Positions 1 to 11,900 of a stretch of 64,000 bases of DNA are shown piece by piece. The translations under genes were made by a program, and so were the position numbers. Position 1 is the first letter of the stretch. Each line of letters starts with the position of its first letter. Source of the stretch: Octopus sinensis (lineage: Eukaryota). Location: the NCBI RefSeq assembly GCF_006345805.1, contig NC_043000.1:83762001-83826000 (forward strand), written 5' to 3'. The notes beneath the pieces are model-generated. The model was not told where the DNA came from. It made no database searches and saw only the letters and a list, made by a program, of their open reading frames with translations.

Positions 1-30
1 TCTTTATATGAGTTTGTGTGTTGAAGCATA

Positions 31-280
31 TTCTGTTGTGTCTGGGGAGAGTCATTTTCTTTTTGTGCCTTATAATGTAACACACTCACCGGTAAAATTT
101 CCACTTATTTCTTATTTTTATCTTCCTAAAATTTTTGTTGTCTTGCAACCTTTTCAATAGTCAAGACTATTGAAAAGGTTGCAAGATGCAATAAAAATAA
201 GAAATAAGTGGAAATTTTACCGGTGAGTGTGTTACCGGTGAGGCACTAAAGGAGAATGACTCTCCCCAGACACAACAGAA
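31..280. repeat. Fold-back (long palindrome) centred at 163-164
   Basis: ttctgttgtgtctggggagagtcatt...ttgcaaccttttcaatagtc AA gactattgaaaaggttgcaa...aatgactctccccagacacaacagaa. Arms are near-identical with a few indels. Confidence 0.9.
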
Positions 281-379
281 TTAGATATAACATTTAAATA
301 CAATTCTTGTTGTACAGAATTTTAGGATCTGTCATTTTTTCTGCTGTGGATAGGTTACACATATTACATTTTTGGAAGA

Positions 380-1210
380 TTTTATTTATTCAATAATCTT
401 CAATCTGGGTTAAGAGATCTCACCTTTAAATTTAGAAAACCAAATGAAATTATATTAATGTAGATTCATGTCACCCAGTTTTAGATTTTCAAAATTTTAT
501 CAACAAATTAAGTAGAAGAATTTCAAATTTGGCCTGAAATCTTTGCCTAGATAGACTATAGTCTCTCTAGTTATCAAATCTCTTTGATAGCTATCAGACA
601 GATTTAAAAATAAGACCAAGTACATCACCAGCCTCAGAATCTCCTAGACAAAAAAAATGTATCAAAATATTTTGTTTACATCTGCCTCTGAAGAAACACT
701 AAATCTAACATAGAAAAAGTCTCCTAAATTTTATGAGTAAATACTTCCTTGCAAACCATAACTTATAAGAAACAGTTCAAAAGACATAATCTTAAAGTAA
801 CATCTACTAATATGAAGAATATTATAGCCCATAAACATCCCATATCAACAGAGGCCAATTATTCATGTAGAGATAGCAACAATTAACTACTCGATAAGTC
901 TTGTAAAACAGAAGCATACTATTTGCGATAGAATTTAAACTCAACCAGCCTAAAATTTGATACCCATCAAAGATGCTACATTGAAAAACAGAATACAATG
1001 AAACCCTTTAATTATATTTGATCATTTAAAAGGACAAGTCTTTATAAAATGGTAGTCATAGAAGTGAGCTAAGTGCAGCAGAAAAAAAAACTGATCTTAA
1101 GAAATTCATAATCAAAACTATATTTAAATACTTAGTCTGAGACTTCCAAACTTTATGGAGCCAAACTTAGCTATATCATTAATTTTATATAAATCTACTG
1201 AACTGTAACT
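380..1210 (+). mobile_element. Decayed Penelope-like element (RT thumb to GIY-YIG linker remnant)
   Basis: Frameshifted translations resemble PLE motifs: FRKPN..YINVDSCHP...SRRISNL, KYFLANHNL..FKRHNLKV, and a C-x-C-R...C-like linker. Many stops. Confidence 0.6.
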
Positions 1211-2066
1211 ACACAAATTTTTTAATGTATATTTTCTCTTCTTTTGTTAATTTAGCCCCTTAACTTTTTTGTGTATACTGAATTATAACTCCATACAGTT
1301 TATATGAATTTATACTATAATATCTCAGTTACTCCATTTAGTTTCATTTTAAGTTTTCTCATGTTCACATTCTCAATACTTGTGGACCAGAGTCTGTTGA
1401 TAAATATTTGTGTGGCAGCCAGATATTGTGAAATTGTGAAACTATGAGTCATCCAATATGCATTAATAGGCTTACACACACACTAGATCCATGCAAACAT
1501 GGACAAAATGATGAATACATCTCATCACTCCCATCCCTTACTTGAAAAACTGAGAAGGGTGGGCAGCAGGAAGAACATCTGGCTGTAAAAATCTTGTCTG
1601 AAATAACTCATCATCTAACCCATGCTACCATGAAAAAATTGTAATTAAACAAACTAATTAATATAAGTCTTACTGACTTCTGAGATTTGCTTCTTTATGT
1701 GGTCATAGGAATTTATAGCAATAGTGAATTAAGGTCTGGGAGACTATCTGACAATAATAAATTTATTATCAGCAGCTGAACTTAACTGTCAACTCCCAGT
1801 GGTTTTAATTCTTAGTGGACATAGTATACTAGTCGTTTTAGATCTTTTGATGGTAATAAGAATATAGATAAAAACTGTAGCTAAATTACTATCTCATGAC
1901 CCCCAGTTATTCTCTTCTGCCACTCCAAATTATAGTTGGGGTATTCTTCTCTCTAAGTTCATTCTGCTACAGTAATAGCAGCATGTAATTCTTTCATTCT
2001 CTAGTTCTGATGAAATATTTACTAAAAATTATAATGGAGTCTCCTGTATGTTGAAAACCTATATTT

Positions 2067-2153
2067 TGCATCTGAAGATGGCAGCATCTTTCAGATTGAT
2101 GTAATGCTTGTATTGTTTGATTAAATGGAGCTGCCTGAAATGGTCGTAATGCA
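2067..2153 (+). ncRNA. Minimal type-I hammerhead ribozyme-like motif
   Basis: Stem I TGCAT/ATGCA; core CTGAAGA; stem II GGCAGC/GCTGCC; GAAA; short stem III TGGTCG; GUA triplet. The first stem-II position is a U-U mismatch. Confidence 0.6.
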
Positions 2154-2211
2154 CTAATACCTTGATGTCGTTGTTATTTATTAGCTTTACACACACACAC
2201 ACACATATATA

Positions 2212-2535
2212 CAGGGAAAAGACCCCCTGTGGTCATGAATGACCATGGGATTGCACCTAAAAAGTTACACTCTGAGGCACAAGTCCAGGTAAGGTTGTTT
2301 ATGGAAGACCAGCAGTTACCTATGCATCCCAGCCTCCCTTTCAATGCCACTGATGTTAGCCATGGGAAAGGCAAAGGCTAATACAATTTGGCACCAGTGA
2401 TGTCACAACTCATTTCTACAGCTGAGTGAACTGGAGCAATGTGAAATAAAGTGTCTCGCTCAAGAATGCAACACACAGCCCAGTCCAGGAATCAAACTCA
2501 CTACCTCATGATTATGAGCCCGACACTTTAATGCA
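2212..2535 (-). mobile_element. tRNA-derived SINE
   Basis: Minus strand has a B-box-like GAGTTTGATTCC followed by TTCTTGAGCGAGACACTTTATTTCACATTGCTCCAGTTCACTCAGC. The same head occurs on the + strand at ~2995-3120. Confidence 0.7.
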
Positions 2536-2704
2536 CCTACATACATATATGTACGTATATATGTATTCATGTATGTACATATTTAAACCCTTGTAATTTA
2601 CCTTTTACAGTAAAATAGCAAAAAAGAAAGTAATCATCAACATAAACAATAGCCATATTTGTGTTGGTAACAGATGGAATTTAAAGAATAAGAACAGAAC
2701 TTAC

Positions 2705-2842
2705 TGAGCATGTCCAACATATGAACTGGAAACAACTGCCGGCCAGCTTTGAATAAAAGGAGACAGCCAAGAACAGACATTGAATGAACCATTACAGCAT
2801 ATTGTAGTTGGTCAGAAGAGTAATATAGAGATCTTGAGGAGT
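2705..2842 (-). CDS. TBC1D32: TBC1D32 coding exon, (D)SSRSLYYSSDQLQYAVMVHSMSVLGCLLLFKAGRQLFPVHMLDML, phase 1 to 1
   Basis: Acceptor ctttcactctcttttaaag, donor gtaagt, 138 nt. Corresponds to recalled human [36 protein letters not shown]. Confidence 0.93.
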
Positions 2843-2994
2843 CTTTAAAAGAGAGTGAAAGAGAGAGGGTGGTCAAAGAAATATTTAGGAAAGAGACTAG
2901 AATTATACAAGTTCTAAATGAAATGTTTAAACAAGTCATGTAGAAACAGGAAAAAATGCATATTTAGTGTGATATATATATATATTTTTTTGTG

Positions 2995-3265
2995 AAGGTG
3001 TGTGGTCAAGTGGTTAGGCTGTTGCTTTTACAATCACTAGATCATGGGTTTGATTCCCTAATTGGATGATGTGTTATGTTCTTGAGCAAAACACTTCAAT
3101 TTCATGTTGCTCCAGTCTCCCTTTCAATCAAGGGGAAATGCTGGCCTGCTTGCTTAGCCAGTGGGGTAGCGTCATTTGAATGCTAAAATAATGCAAAAGT
3201 GCATTGTGACCAGTGATGTGTAACAACATCTGATAACCTGGTCGGTCACATGTTCACATGATATG
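2995..3265 (+). mobile_element. tRNA-derived SINE (same head as 2212-2535)
   Basis: A box GTGGTCAAGTGG, B box GGTTTGATTCCC, then TTCTTGAGCAAAACACTT...TTGCTCCAGT. Confidence 0.7.
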
Positions 3266-5615
3266 TATTTTCTATGTATCTTTCACCTGTTTCATCCATT
3301 AGATTGTGACCAAGCAGGGACACTGCCTTGAAGAATCTTAGTTGAGCAAATTTACCCCAGTACTTAGTCTCTCAGTATCTTTTTCTAAAACACCTAAGTT
3401 ACAGGGATGTAAACACACCAACACCAGTTGCCAAGTGGTGGTAGGGGACAATAAAATATAGACACAAAGACACATACACACATTTATATATATATATATA
3501 TATATACATGACAGGCTTCTTTCAGTCAAATTTACTCACAAAGCCTTGGTTGACTTGAGTCTGTATTAGAAGACACTTGCCCTAGGTTAATTATATATAT
3601 GATTGTAACAATCAACTCTTTAGTTAAATTGCTGCAAGCCTTCTTCAACAGACATGTCCAAGTGATGTTTACAAGATTACAGCAGTTAAACTGGTAATAT
3701 TTAGATAACAGGATTATAGATTAATTCATAATTGTTCCCTAGGCAGTGCTGTTGATTTACGGCTATGAGGCCTATAGTTGACAGATAGCTGATGTGAGTT
3801 GATTTGGGAAAGTGCTGCAAACTTTATGATGCTGTGTTTGTGGAACAGTGTAACAAGAAGAACATATACAAGGCAGTTTGCTGTTTGGTTTTGTCAGTAT
3901 GAACAGAGAATATGTAGAAGCTACAGAAGTTGGGAGGCAAGTAGACCCAGTTGGTGCATAGCAATCTCTATTATCGGACACAGCCTTCCATTTTTAAGAT
4001 GGTAGGTAATGATTTCAAAGAGACTAAGCTGCTATTTCAAGTAAGTTGCAGCTTCTCTGTTCTATTTATAGGCAAGACCCATGTACATAAGCCCTACTTT
4101 AAATGACAAGCAATTAACTTTAGACTTTGCTGGGGTTTCTGGTTGTAAAAATATTTACTCTTATAATTGATCTAATTGTCTGGTTTCTAAAACTATCCAA
4201 GCTTCCATTCCTCATCTTAGAATACAAAAACAAATTAAATGACAAACTTTGTAAACTATTTCAAAAGATGAGTAATTATAATTATTTGAGGTTTTCTCAC
4301 ATACTTTACTCAGAAGTCTTTTTGAAATTTTTAATGAAATTCAATTTTATGAAAAATGCTTTATATAATATATCAGCAACATAAATAAATATATATTTAA
4401 ATATATAAATAATAGATGAGTGTATAAATTGGAACTGAACCTAGCCATAAATCAATGCTCAGTTCACATCATCACACTTTTAATAATTATAATTATTTCA
4501 ATTTTAGAAAGTTTTATGTATTTCATTGAACCAATTTTTTTACTATCAAATATCATATTTTCTTAACAAGAAGATTTAATCATAGTTTCTACTTGTTGTA
4601 CATGATGCAAAAACAGTATTTTTTTGGTTTAATTTCTTTTTCTTTTCTGCTTTCTGTCTATTTGATTAATGACAAAATTCAGATAGTATCTTGCTGTCAT
4701 GTTTGATAAAGAATATGTTGGCAAGAAATAAATTAAATATCTCAACAATATTCTGGAGACTACTTTGAAGAGTTACATTAAGCACGCAGAAATTAAATAC
4801 ACTTACAAATGGTTTCATTAAATAAGAATATCTACAAAAGATATGTAGACTAATGGTATTAGTTAAATTGGAGAGGAATATTCAGATGTTGATGACGATG
4901 TTGCTGTTACATTTATAATGTGCAGACATTTCTCTATTTACCAATCAAAGAGTGATATCAAAGAACTGTTCAGTGGCCACAAATTATGAAGAACATGTAA
5001 CCTTAAATTACATTTTGAATATAATATTTGAATTAAATTTCTTCTTGAAATCCTAAATCGTCAAAACTTTTTTCTTAACTATTGATATGGCAGACTATAT
5101 CTTGGGTCTATATGTATTCTATAAAATTTTCTGGAGAATGTTACTAATTGACACAGGGTAAAACTGATGTTGCTGACACTGGATAAAACTGAAGTTGCTA
5201 ACTGATACAGGATAAAACCAATGTAGTATCTGGAAGTGATTAAATGAGATCACTCAAGCAAGGGAATGAAGAGGCTGTATTTTTGTAGTCACCATCTGGT
5301 TTAATAAACATTTGGAGATGAAGCCCACTGATGCTTCAATATTGAAAAACACACCAAAATTCTTACTTAAAGTCTTTAAAAATAGCATGAGCATCTCTAT
5401 AAATATTTATAATCCTGAAGTGGTTTGCTCCTTTGTACTTTTGATATGAAAATGGTATGCTGACAAATCCACTTAATCAGCCTTGATAGATTAAAGACTG
5501 CAGCTATTGAAATAAAATAAAGTCATGTATGTACTTTATGAAACTATTTGTACAACTATCTAAAACAACAGAGAAGGAAATAGGAAAATAGATTTGCCAT
5601 CGCTGAATTCCATGT

Positions 5616-5834
5616 TGACACTTTAGCATTTAAACTGGCCATATCTAGCCCCAAATTTTCTATTTGTTTTATGTTCAAACTGGTCAGATCTAGCCTCTCA
5701 AACAATGTCATTCTAAACATAAATAATCACATCACTGAAATCCCAAAGCTATGAGACAATGCAAGATTAGTTCAAATCAGTGTGAACGAATGGGTATTGC
5801 ATTTGACAGAATAATCTGAATGCTAAAGGGTTAA
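5616..5834. mobile_element. TTAA-ended MITE family (copies also ~37005-37195 and inverted ~37495-37690)
   Basis: Terminal inverted repeats (ttga)cactttagcatt ... aatgctaaagggttaa. The internal sequence recurs at 37 kb in both orientations. Confidence 0.65.
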
Positions 5835-6355
5835 AGGCAAGATTTTCAAAAATGCAACTCTTCCATAATGTTGGAGATGTCTGTATTTTATCTGCAAGTT
5901 CCATGAATAGACTAGAATGCTGGAAATAAGCAGAAACAGTACAATTGCTATAAAAGCAGTAAACTGTGTATATTTAGGTAGTGAAATTAAGCAATATGTA
6001 AGTGTCACTCTGGGAGATGAAGATAAGGCTGACAAGAACTATGGACTAAGAAAAGAATGAGGAATATTTTATTTTCCTTTTAGTTGTTTCATATTTCAGT
6101 GTACATTTGTGTCTGTTCATTAAAGGTGATTTTAGCCTCTCTTGTAATAAGGATATTAATTCCTTCAAGATGGAGTATTTGTTTATAATAAGTGATTTTT
6201 GACAAAATTTATCATTATATTAACACAAATATATCAACAAAATATATTTACAAAAATTAACACAAATATATTTACCCAAATTACATATTAATACAAACTA
6301 TATTACAGTAACATAAATATATTAGCACAAATTATATGACCATAAATACACTAAC

Positions 6356-6449
6356 CTGACAGAAATGTGTGACGATGGCACTGAGTTAATGTCTTCTGGT
6401 TTTGCTTGGTTTCAATAAAGTTTAACACATATCTAACTGAATTTTCAAC
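6356..6449 (-). CDS. TBC1D32: TBC1D32 coding exon, VENSVRYVLNFIETKQNQKTLTQCHRHTFLS, phase 0 to 1
   Basis: 94-nt open exon between ...aaaattag and gttagt. It supplies exactly the phase 0 to 1 link needed between 11844 and 2842. The sequence is divergent and the acceptor has a weak pyrimidine tract. Confidence 0.8.
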
Positions 6450-7191
6450 CTAATTTTTTTTTGAAAAAAATGAGGGTGTAGAAACCATAATTAAAATTAA
6501 ATAAATTAGCATATATTAATAAAGGCATTTTATCTTTCATCTTTCACCTGTTTCACTCACTAGATTGTGGCCATGCTGGAACACTGACTAGAAAGGTTTA
6601 GTTGAACAAATCGCCCCCAGTACTTATATATTTTTATGCCTGGTACTTATTTTATCAGTCCTTTTGTTGAACTGCTAAGTTACAAGAGTGCAAACAAAAT
6701 CAGCTGTGAAGTAGTGGTAGGGGACAAACACAAACATACACATATTATATATATATATATATATATAGGTTATGAGAGGTAATAGTGTCAGTGAGACCCA
6801 AAGGTGTCAGGTAATGCTGAATAAGTGCTATGAACAGACCATAGTTAAGTTCCAAATCCGGTGATTATGCGAATCAGGGGTCCAACTTAGGTCATATATC
6901 AGTGTGTGTATATAAATTTTTTTTTCGTAATGAGATAAAAAAACAAAGCTTGTGTAGATTTTAGAACATTTATAAATAGAAGGTTCTAAAATCTACACAG
7001 CCTTGGTTTTTTTTATCTCATTATGGAAAAAAAAAATATATATATATATATATGTATGTATGTGTGTGTGTATCTATGTTGTATGGAAACATGTAGTGAT
7101 TATTGAATAACTGTCTAACTGTACTCCTTCTTGTTGACTTTATCTTATTCAATTATATATATATATATATATAATACATATATATATATGT

Positions 7192-7625
7192 AGGCGTAGG
7201 AGTAGCTGTGTGGTAAGTAGCTTGCTTACCAACCACATGGTTCCGGGTTCAGTCCCACTGCGTGGCACCTTGGGTAAGTGTCTTCTACTATAGCCTCGGG
7301 CCGACCAAAGCTGTGTGAGTGGATTTGGTAGACGGAAACTGAAAGAAGCCCGTCGTATATATGTATATATATATATATATATATATGTGCGTGTTTGTGT
7401 GTCTGTGTTTGTCCCCACAACATCACTTGACAACTGATGCTGGTGTGTTTACGTCCCCGTAACTTACCGGTTCGGCAAAAAAAAAGAGACCGATAAAATA
7501 AGTACTAGGCTTACAAAGAATAAGTCCTGGGGTCGATTTGATCGACTAAAGGCGGTGCTCCAACATGGCCACAGTCACATGACTAAAACAAGTAAAAGAG
7601 TAAAAGAGAGTAAAAGAGTATATAA
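7192..7625 (+). mobile_element. Young tRNA-derived CORE-like SINE with internal microsatellite and (GTAAAAGA)n tail; many older copies (e.g. 10250-10400, 12085-12450, 35880-36480, 46310-46420, 62895-63240)
   Basis: GGCGTAGGAGTAGCTGTGTGGTAAG...GGTTCAGTCCCACTGCGTGGCACCTTGGGTAAGTGTCTT. CpGs are retained in this copy, and the family recurs across the window. Confidence 0.85.
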
Positions 7626-7674
7626 AACACGTGTACCACGACATCCTTTGTGTTCTGTTTTTTATTTCATTTGA

Positions 7675-7719
<45 letters not shown>

Positions 7720-9769
7720 ACTATGTGTGTATATAAACAAACTACATTTGTTTTTTTAGAAGTGTTGAATATATATCGTATGATATTTTCAAAATGCAGT
7801 ATTACCATTAAAACAGTCGAAAAACTGAATAATATTATCCTTACAAGGCGGAAAAAGTTGTCAACAAAAGACATATGTATATAATCATCATCCTTGAATG
7901 TCTGTTTTCCATGCTGGCATGGGTTGGATGATTTGACAAGTGCTGGCAAGACAAAGGACTGTACCAAATTCTATTGTCTGTTTTATCATGGTTTCAATGG
8001 CTGGATACTCTCCCTAATGCCAACCACTTTACAGAGTGGACTGGGTGCTTTTTATGTGACACCAGCACTAGTGGGGTCACCAAGTAACTTGCGAAATAAG
8101 ACAAAGTCCCTTCGACTGGGGGAGAGCAGTATTGAGGGAGGTGGCTTTGTACCAGCTGACAAGAAGTTAGAAAAAAATAACAAGAAGGGTAGAGTTAGGT
8201 GTCTTGCTGCAGAAAAGATACAAGGATATCCCAGTTAGTGAAGGAAGGAAAGAAAGAGAGACTTTGAGTGAAAGACAAAGATGGAGAGAGTGAGAGAGAT
8301 GGTAGTGGGTATGTGTCAGAACATACCTTCAAGGCACAGCGGTGGGTGGGTGAATGTAGATGAAGTGATATAGCGGATTGGACTGGATGAATGGAGGGGA
8401 GTGGGCAAAAGAGAAATTTCACAAGAATGCAAGGAGAAATGTTTAGATAGGATAGAGGTGACTGTAGTAGTTGATGGTGTGGATTTCTTTCAGTTTCTGT
8501 CTGCCAAATCCACTTACAAGAGTTCGGTCAGCTGGAGGCTATAACAGAAGACATTTGGTTCACATGCAGTGGTACTGAACCCAGAACCATGTGGTTGAGA
8601 AGCTAACATCTTACCACACAGGCAAGCCTGTGATCTATGTATTCTCTACTCAGAATACATGCACATATCCTTTAGCAAAGATCAAACTCACAAATTCATT
8701 TTTAACACAGGAACAGTGGTATTCTGGATAAAAATATTAAGATGTTGTATTAGAAATAGGTATTTAGGTATTCTAGATTCAATCTGAAAATATGTATAAC
8801 TCGAATAAGAATGGGCTGGTGTTTCACCTGAGAGTGAAGAAATGAGGGGAAAATTTGCTGTTGGGCAGACAGATTATAGGGAGAGGGATGGACAAGGTAA
8901 AGGATTGTTGAGAGAAGGTGAAAGGTCAATGAGACAAGGAAAACAAAGGAGAAGAGGCAGAAATTTGGACAGAATTTCATTTATACATCTCTCAAAACAA
9001 CCATAAAAGGAGTTAGAGTTAAGATGAAAGGTTAAATGAACAGAAAGGGAGGAGGACATAAAAATAGATAGACCCAATACATCAATCAACCACAGTACAG
9101 TTATGTTGACAGATTAAAGATGATATAGGGGTTTCGTCTGCCGTTACATTCTGAGTGCAAATTCTGCCGAGGTCAACTTTGCATTTCATCCTTTCGGGAT
9201 CGATTAAATAAGCACCAGTTATGCACTGGGGTTGATATAATCGACGTAATCCATGTGTCTGTCCTTGTTTGTCCCCTCTGTGTGTAGCCCCTTGTGGGTA
9301 GTAAAGAAATAGATATAGGGGTTTAGGTAAAGTGGCAGTAGGTGGGGTGGGGTGGAAACATAACTGGAAAGACTATTACTAGCACAGCACTCTCTCTCCC
9401 TCTCTCTCCTCTACCTGCTGCTGACACATGACCTGTGGTCAGCTTCCTTTCATTCTCTCCCTTTTTCAAACTGGTTGCATAGCTCACTAGTCTTATAATT
9501 TCTCTGTGTCCTGCTATTTGATGTTTTCTATATCCTTTAGGATTTCTTCTAAGTGTTACTCACCATTCTTGTCTTCTTGGCCCTAAGGCTGTGTTTTGCT
9601 CATTTCCTATTTTTTTGTTCGAGGCCCTACATTCTCTGCATTGAGGGCATTTTCAAAAGTTGAGATAAAAATCCCAGTGCATTTTCAACTTCTTTCTTCA
9701 TTATTTCTACTCATGTAGAACAAAATAACTTTGTTCTCTCTCTCTCTCCGTTTATATATATATATAACC

Positions 9770-10106
9770 AGAATCAAATGGAAATTATAGTTGCGATCCC
9801 CATGCCGGTGGCACATAAAAGACACCTTCTGAATGTGGCCAATGCCAGTGCCACCTTGACTGGCTTCCGTGCCGGTGGCATGTAAAAAGCACCAATTGAT
9901 TGTGGTCGTTGCCAGCCTCATCTGGCCCCTGTGCCAGTGGCACGTAAAAGCACCCACTACATTCTCGGAGTGGTTGGCATTAGGAAGGGCATTCAGCTAT
10001 AGAAACACTGCCAGATCAAACTGGAGCCTGGTGCAGTCTCCTGGCTTCCCAGACCCCATCCAACCCATGCCAGCATGGAAAACAGACGTTAAACGATGAT
10101 GATGAT
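9770..10106 (+). mobile_element. Non-autonomous element with RTE-type 3' tail ending in (GAT)n; copies also at ~7885-8070(-), 12612-12850(-), 41985-42200(-), 47555-47760(-)
   Basis: GTAAAAGCACCCACTAC...GGTTGGCATTAGGAAGGGCAT...CCAACCCATGCCAGCATGGAAAACAGACGTTAAACGATGATGAT. The same tail follows the RTE copies at 30.6-30.8 kb and 34.8-35.0 kb. Confidence 0.8.
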
Positions 10107-10397
10107 ATGTAGTTGAAATTTATAGAAAAACAAAAGATGAAAACAGGTGTACAAACAACAAGCAAGTGTATTAGTTTGATGCTTGGGATATTTGTAGGCT
10201 ATGTATCATCATCATTGCTTAACGTCTGCCTTCCATATCTATATATATTTCAGTTTCCATCTACCAAATCCACTTGCAAGGCTTTCGCCAGCCCGAGACT
10301 ATAGTAGAAGACACTTGGCCAAGGTGCCACACAGTGGAACTAGACCTGGAACCATGTAGTTGGGAAGCAAGTTTCTTACTGCACAGCCACACCTGCA

Positions 10398-10440
<43 letters not shown>

Positions 10441-10614
10441 AGAAATACTAAATTTCTAAATCTCTCGTAGAGACATGTATGGTGGTGGGGCGATAGAATG
10501 GTTGTATACTGTCAATCTAACACGAACATGACAGTAGGGGGGGTACACCACCGCTGTTTAGCCCTAGGAAGCATCGACGCCTCCTGATGGCTTTGACACA
10601 TTTTTCCTGTGTCC

Positions 10615-10651
<37 letters not shown>

Positions 10652-11150
10652 TTAATATTTAGCAGAAGTAACAGAGTGAGTCAAGGTCCAAGTCACTCTG
10701 TTACATCTGCTAAATATTAATAAGAATATACATAAACTAATATTTTGAGTCTTTTTTCCTATTTGCATCAACATACCTATATATATACATATATAAGAGT
10801 GCGTTGTCTTTGTGTGTGTGTCTGTGTGTACAAGTATCACTATACACACAGATATATAAAATCATGTTAACATTCACTTCAAAACCTTAAAGTGACAAAT
10901 CGACTGTGAATGAGGGTGGAGCATTTGACATCATAGTTTTCCCAAGTAAGTCCTTCTCTTTAGCATCCAGCATTCAGTTAACAACTGGTTTGCATTTTTT
11001 TTTAAAAACAAAGTTTTTATAGCTCAGTTCACCATTGTCGTTAACATTGTTGTTGACATAGTACTGAAAATTTGTATATTGTCAAAAGAGGTAAATGCTA
11101 TCTAAGCCCTGTTGGTATCTTAGTGTCAGAGCTTGGCTTCAGTTTTGACA

Positions 11151-11372
11151 TTAACCTGTTCATTACCAACCCGGCTGAAACTGGTTCTGCGTACAAATGT
11201 CTTATTTTCATAAATTTTGAATTAAAATCTTCCACCAAACCTGAGTCACAATTTATGTTCCTAACACTAGCTGAATGATAACTAAGTTATTTTACTAAAT
11301 TCTTTGTTATATTGAAAGTAATTGAAAGAAACACAGAGCATCTCAAAATAAATGCAGTAACTAATGGGTTAA
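11151..11372. mobile_element. TTAA-flanked MITE (piggyBac-like ends); related copy ~49429-49633
   Basis: ttaacctgttcattac ... gtaactaatgggttaa termini. Confidence 0.55.
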
Positions 11373-11843
11373 GTGGAGAAGAAATAACTTCACCCTTGTT
11401 TGATAAGATGTCAGTTTATTACAAGTAACATTCTTATATGATGTGGTTTCTATTTCTGACAGCTAGGAAATATAGAATAAAATACAGAATAAAAGGTTTC
11501 ACTCAGAAACCAGCCAAAATATATCCATCAGAACTTATACCTTATTCACTAATCTAGCTTACGATCACTTTATGTTATGTATCCAGTACTACATTTGCTA
11601 TAAAATTAATCCACTTCTGGATTTCATTATTACATCATGTTATATATTTAATAGTACATTTGATGTAAACCTTATCCACTAATCCAGTACTACAGTTGTT
11701 ATAAACCTAATCCACTAATCTAGTTTAAGATTATATCATGTTATGTATCTTGTACTACAATTGTTACCAACATAATCCCCATCAAATGATTACAAACAAG
11801 TATCAAATATTGTTTACAAAAAATAAAAAATAAAAATATTTAC

Positions 11844-11900
11844 CAAGTATTGGTAAGTTTCTAAGAGTTTCAGCAAAGGAGCCCGGCTGCAAACACCATG
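11844..11900 (-). CDS. TBC1D32: TBC1D32 coding exon, HGVCSRAPLLKLLETYQYL, phase 0 to 0
   Basis: Acceptor ttgttttacttttcag, donor gtaaat, 57 nt. Corresponds to recalled human [20 protein letters not shown]. Confidence 0.92.

Noticed and set aside
1674-1747. Candidate next TBC1D32 exon (cag...gtaaga on the minus strand)
   Set aside because: In the required phase it reads NSLPDLNSLLL and then hits TAA. The true next exon is probably beyond the window start.
7192-7265. tRNA gene-like A/B boxes
   Set aside because: There is no complete cloverleaf and the sequence continues into a SINE body, so it is a SINE head.
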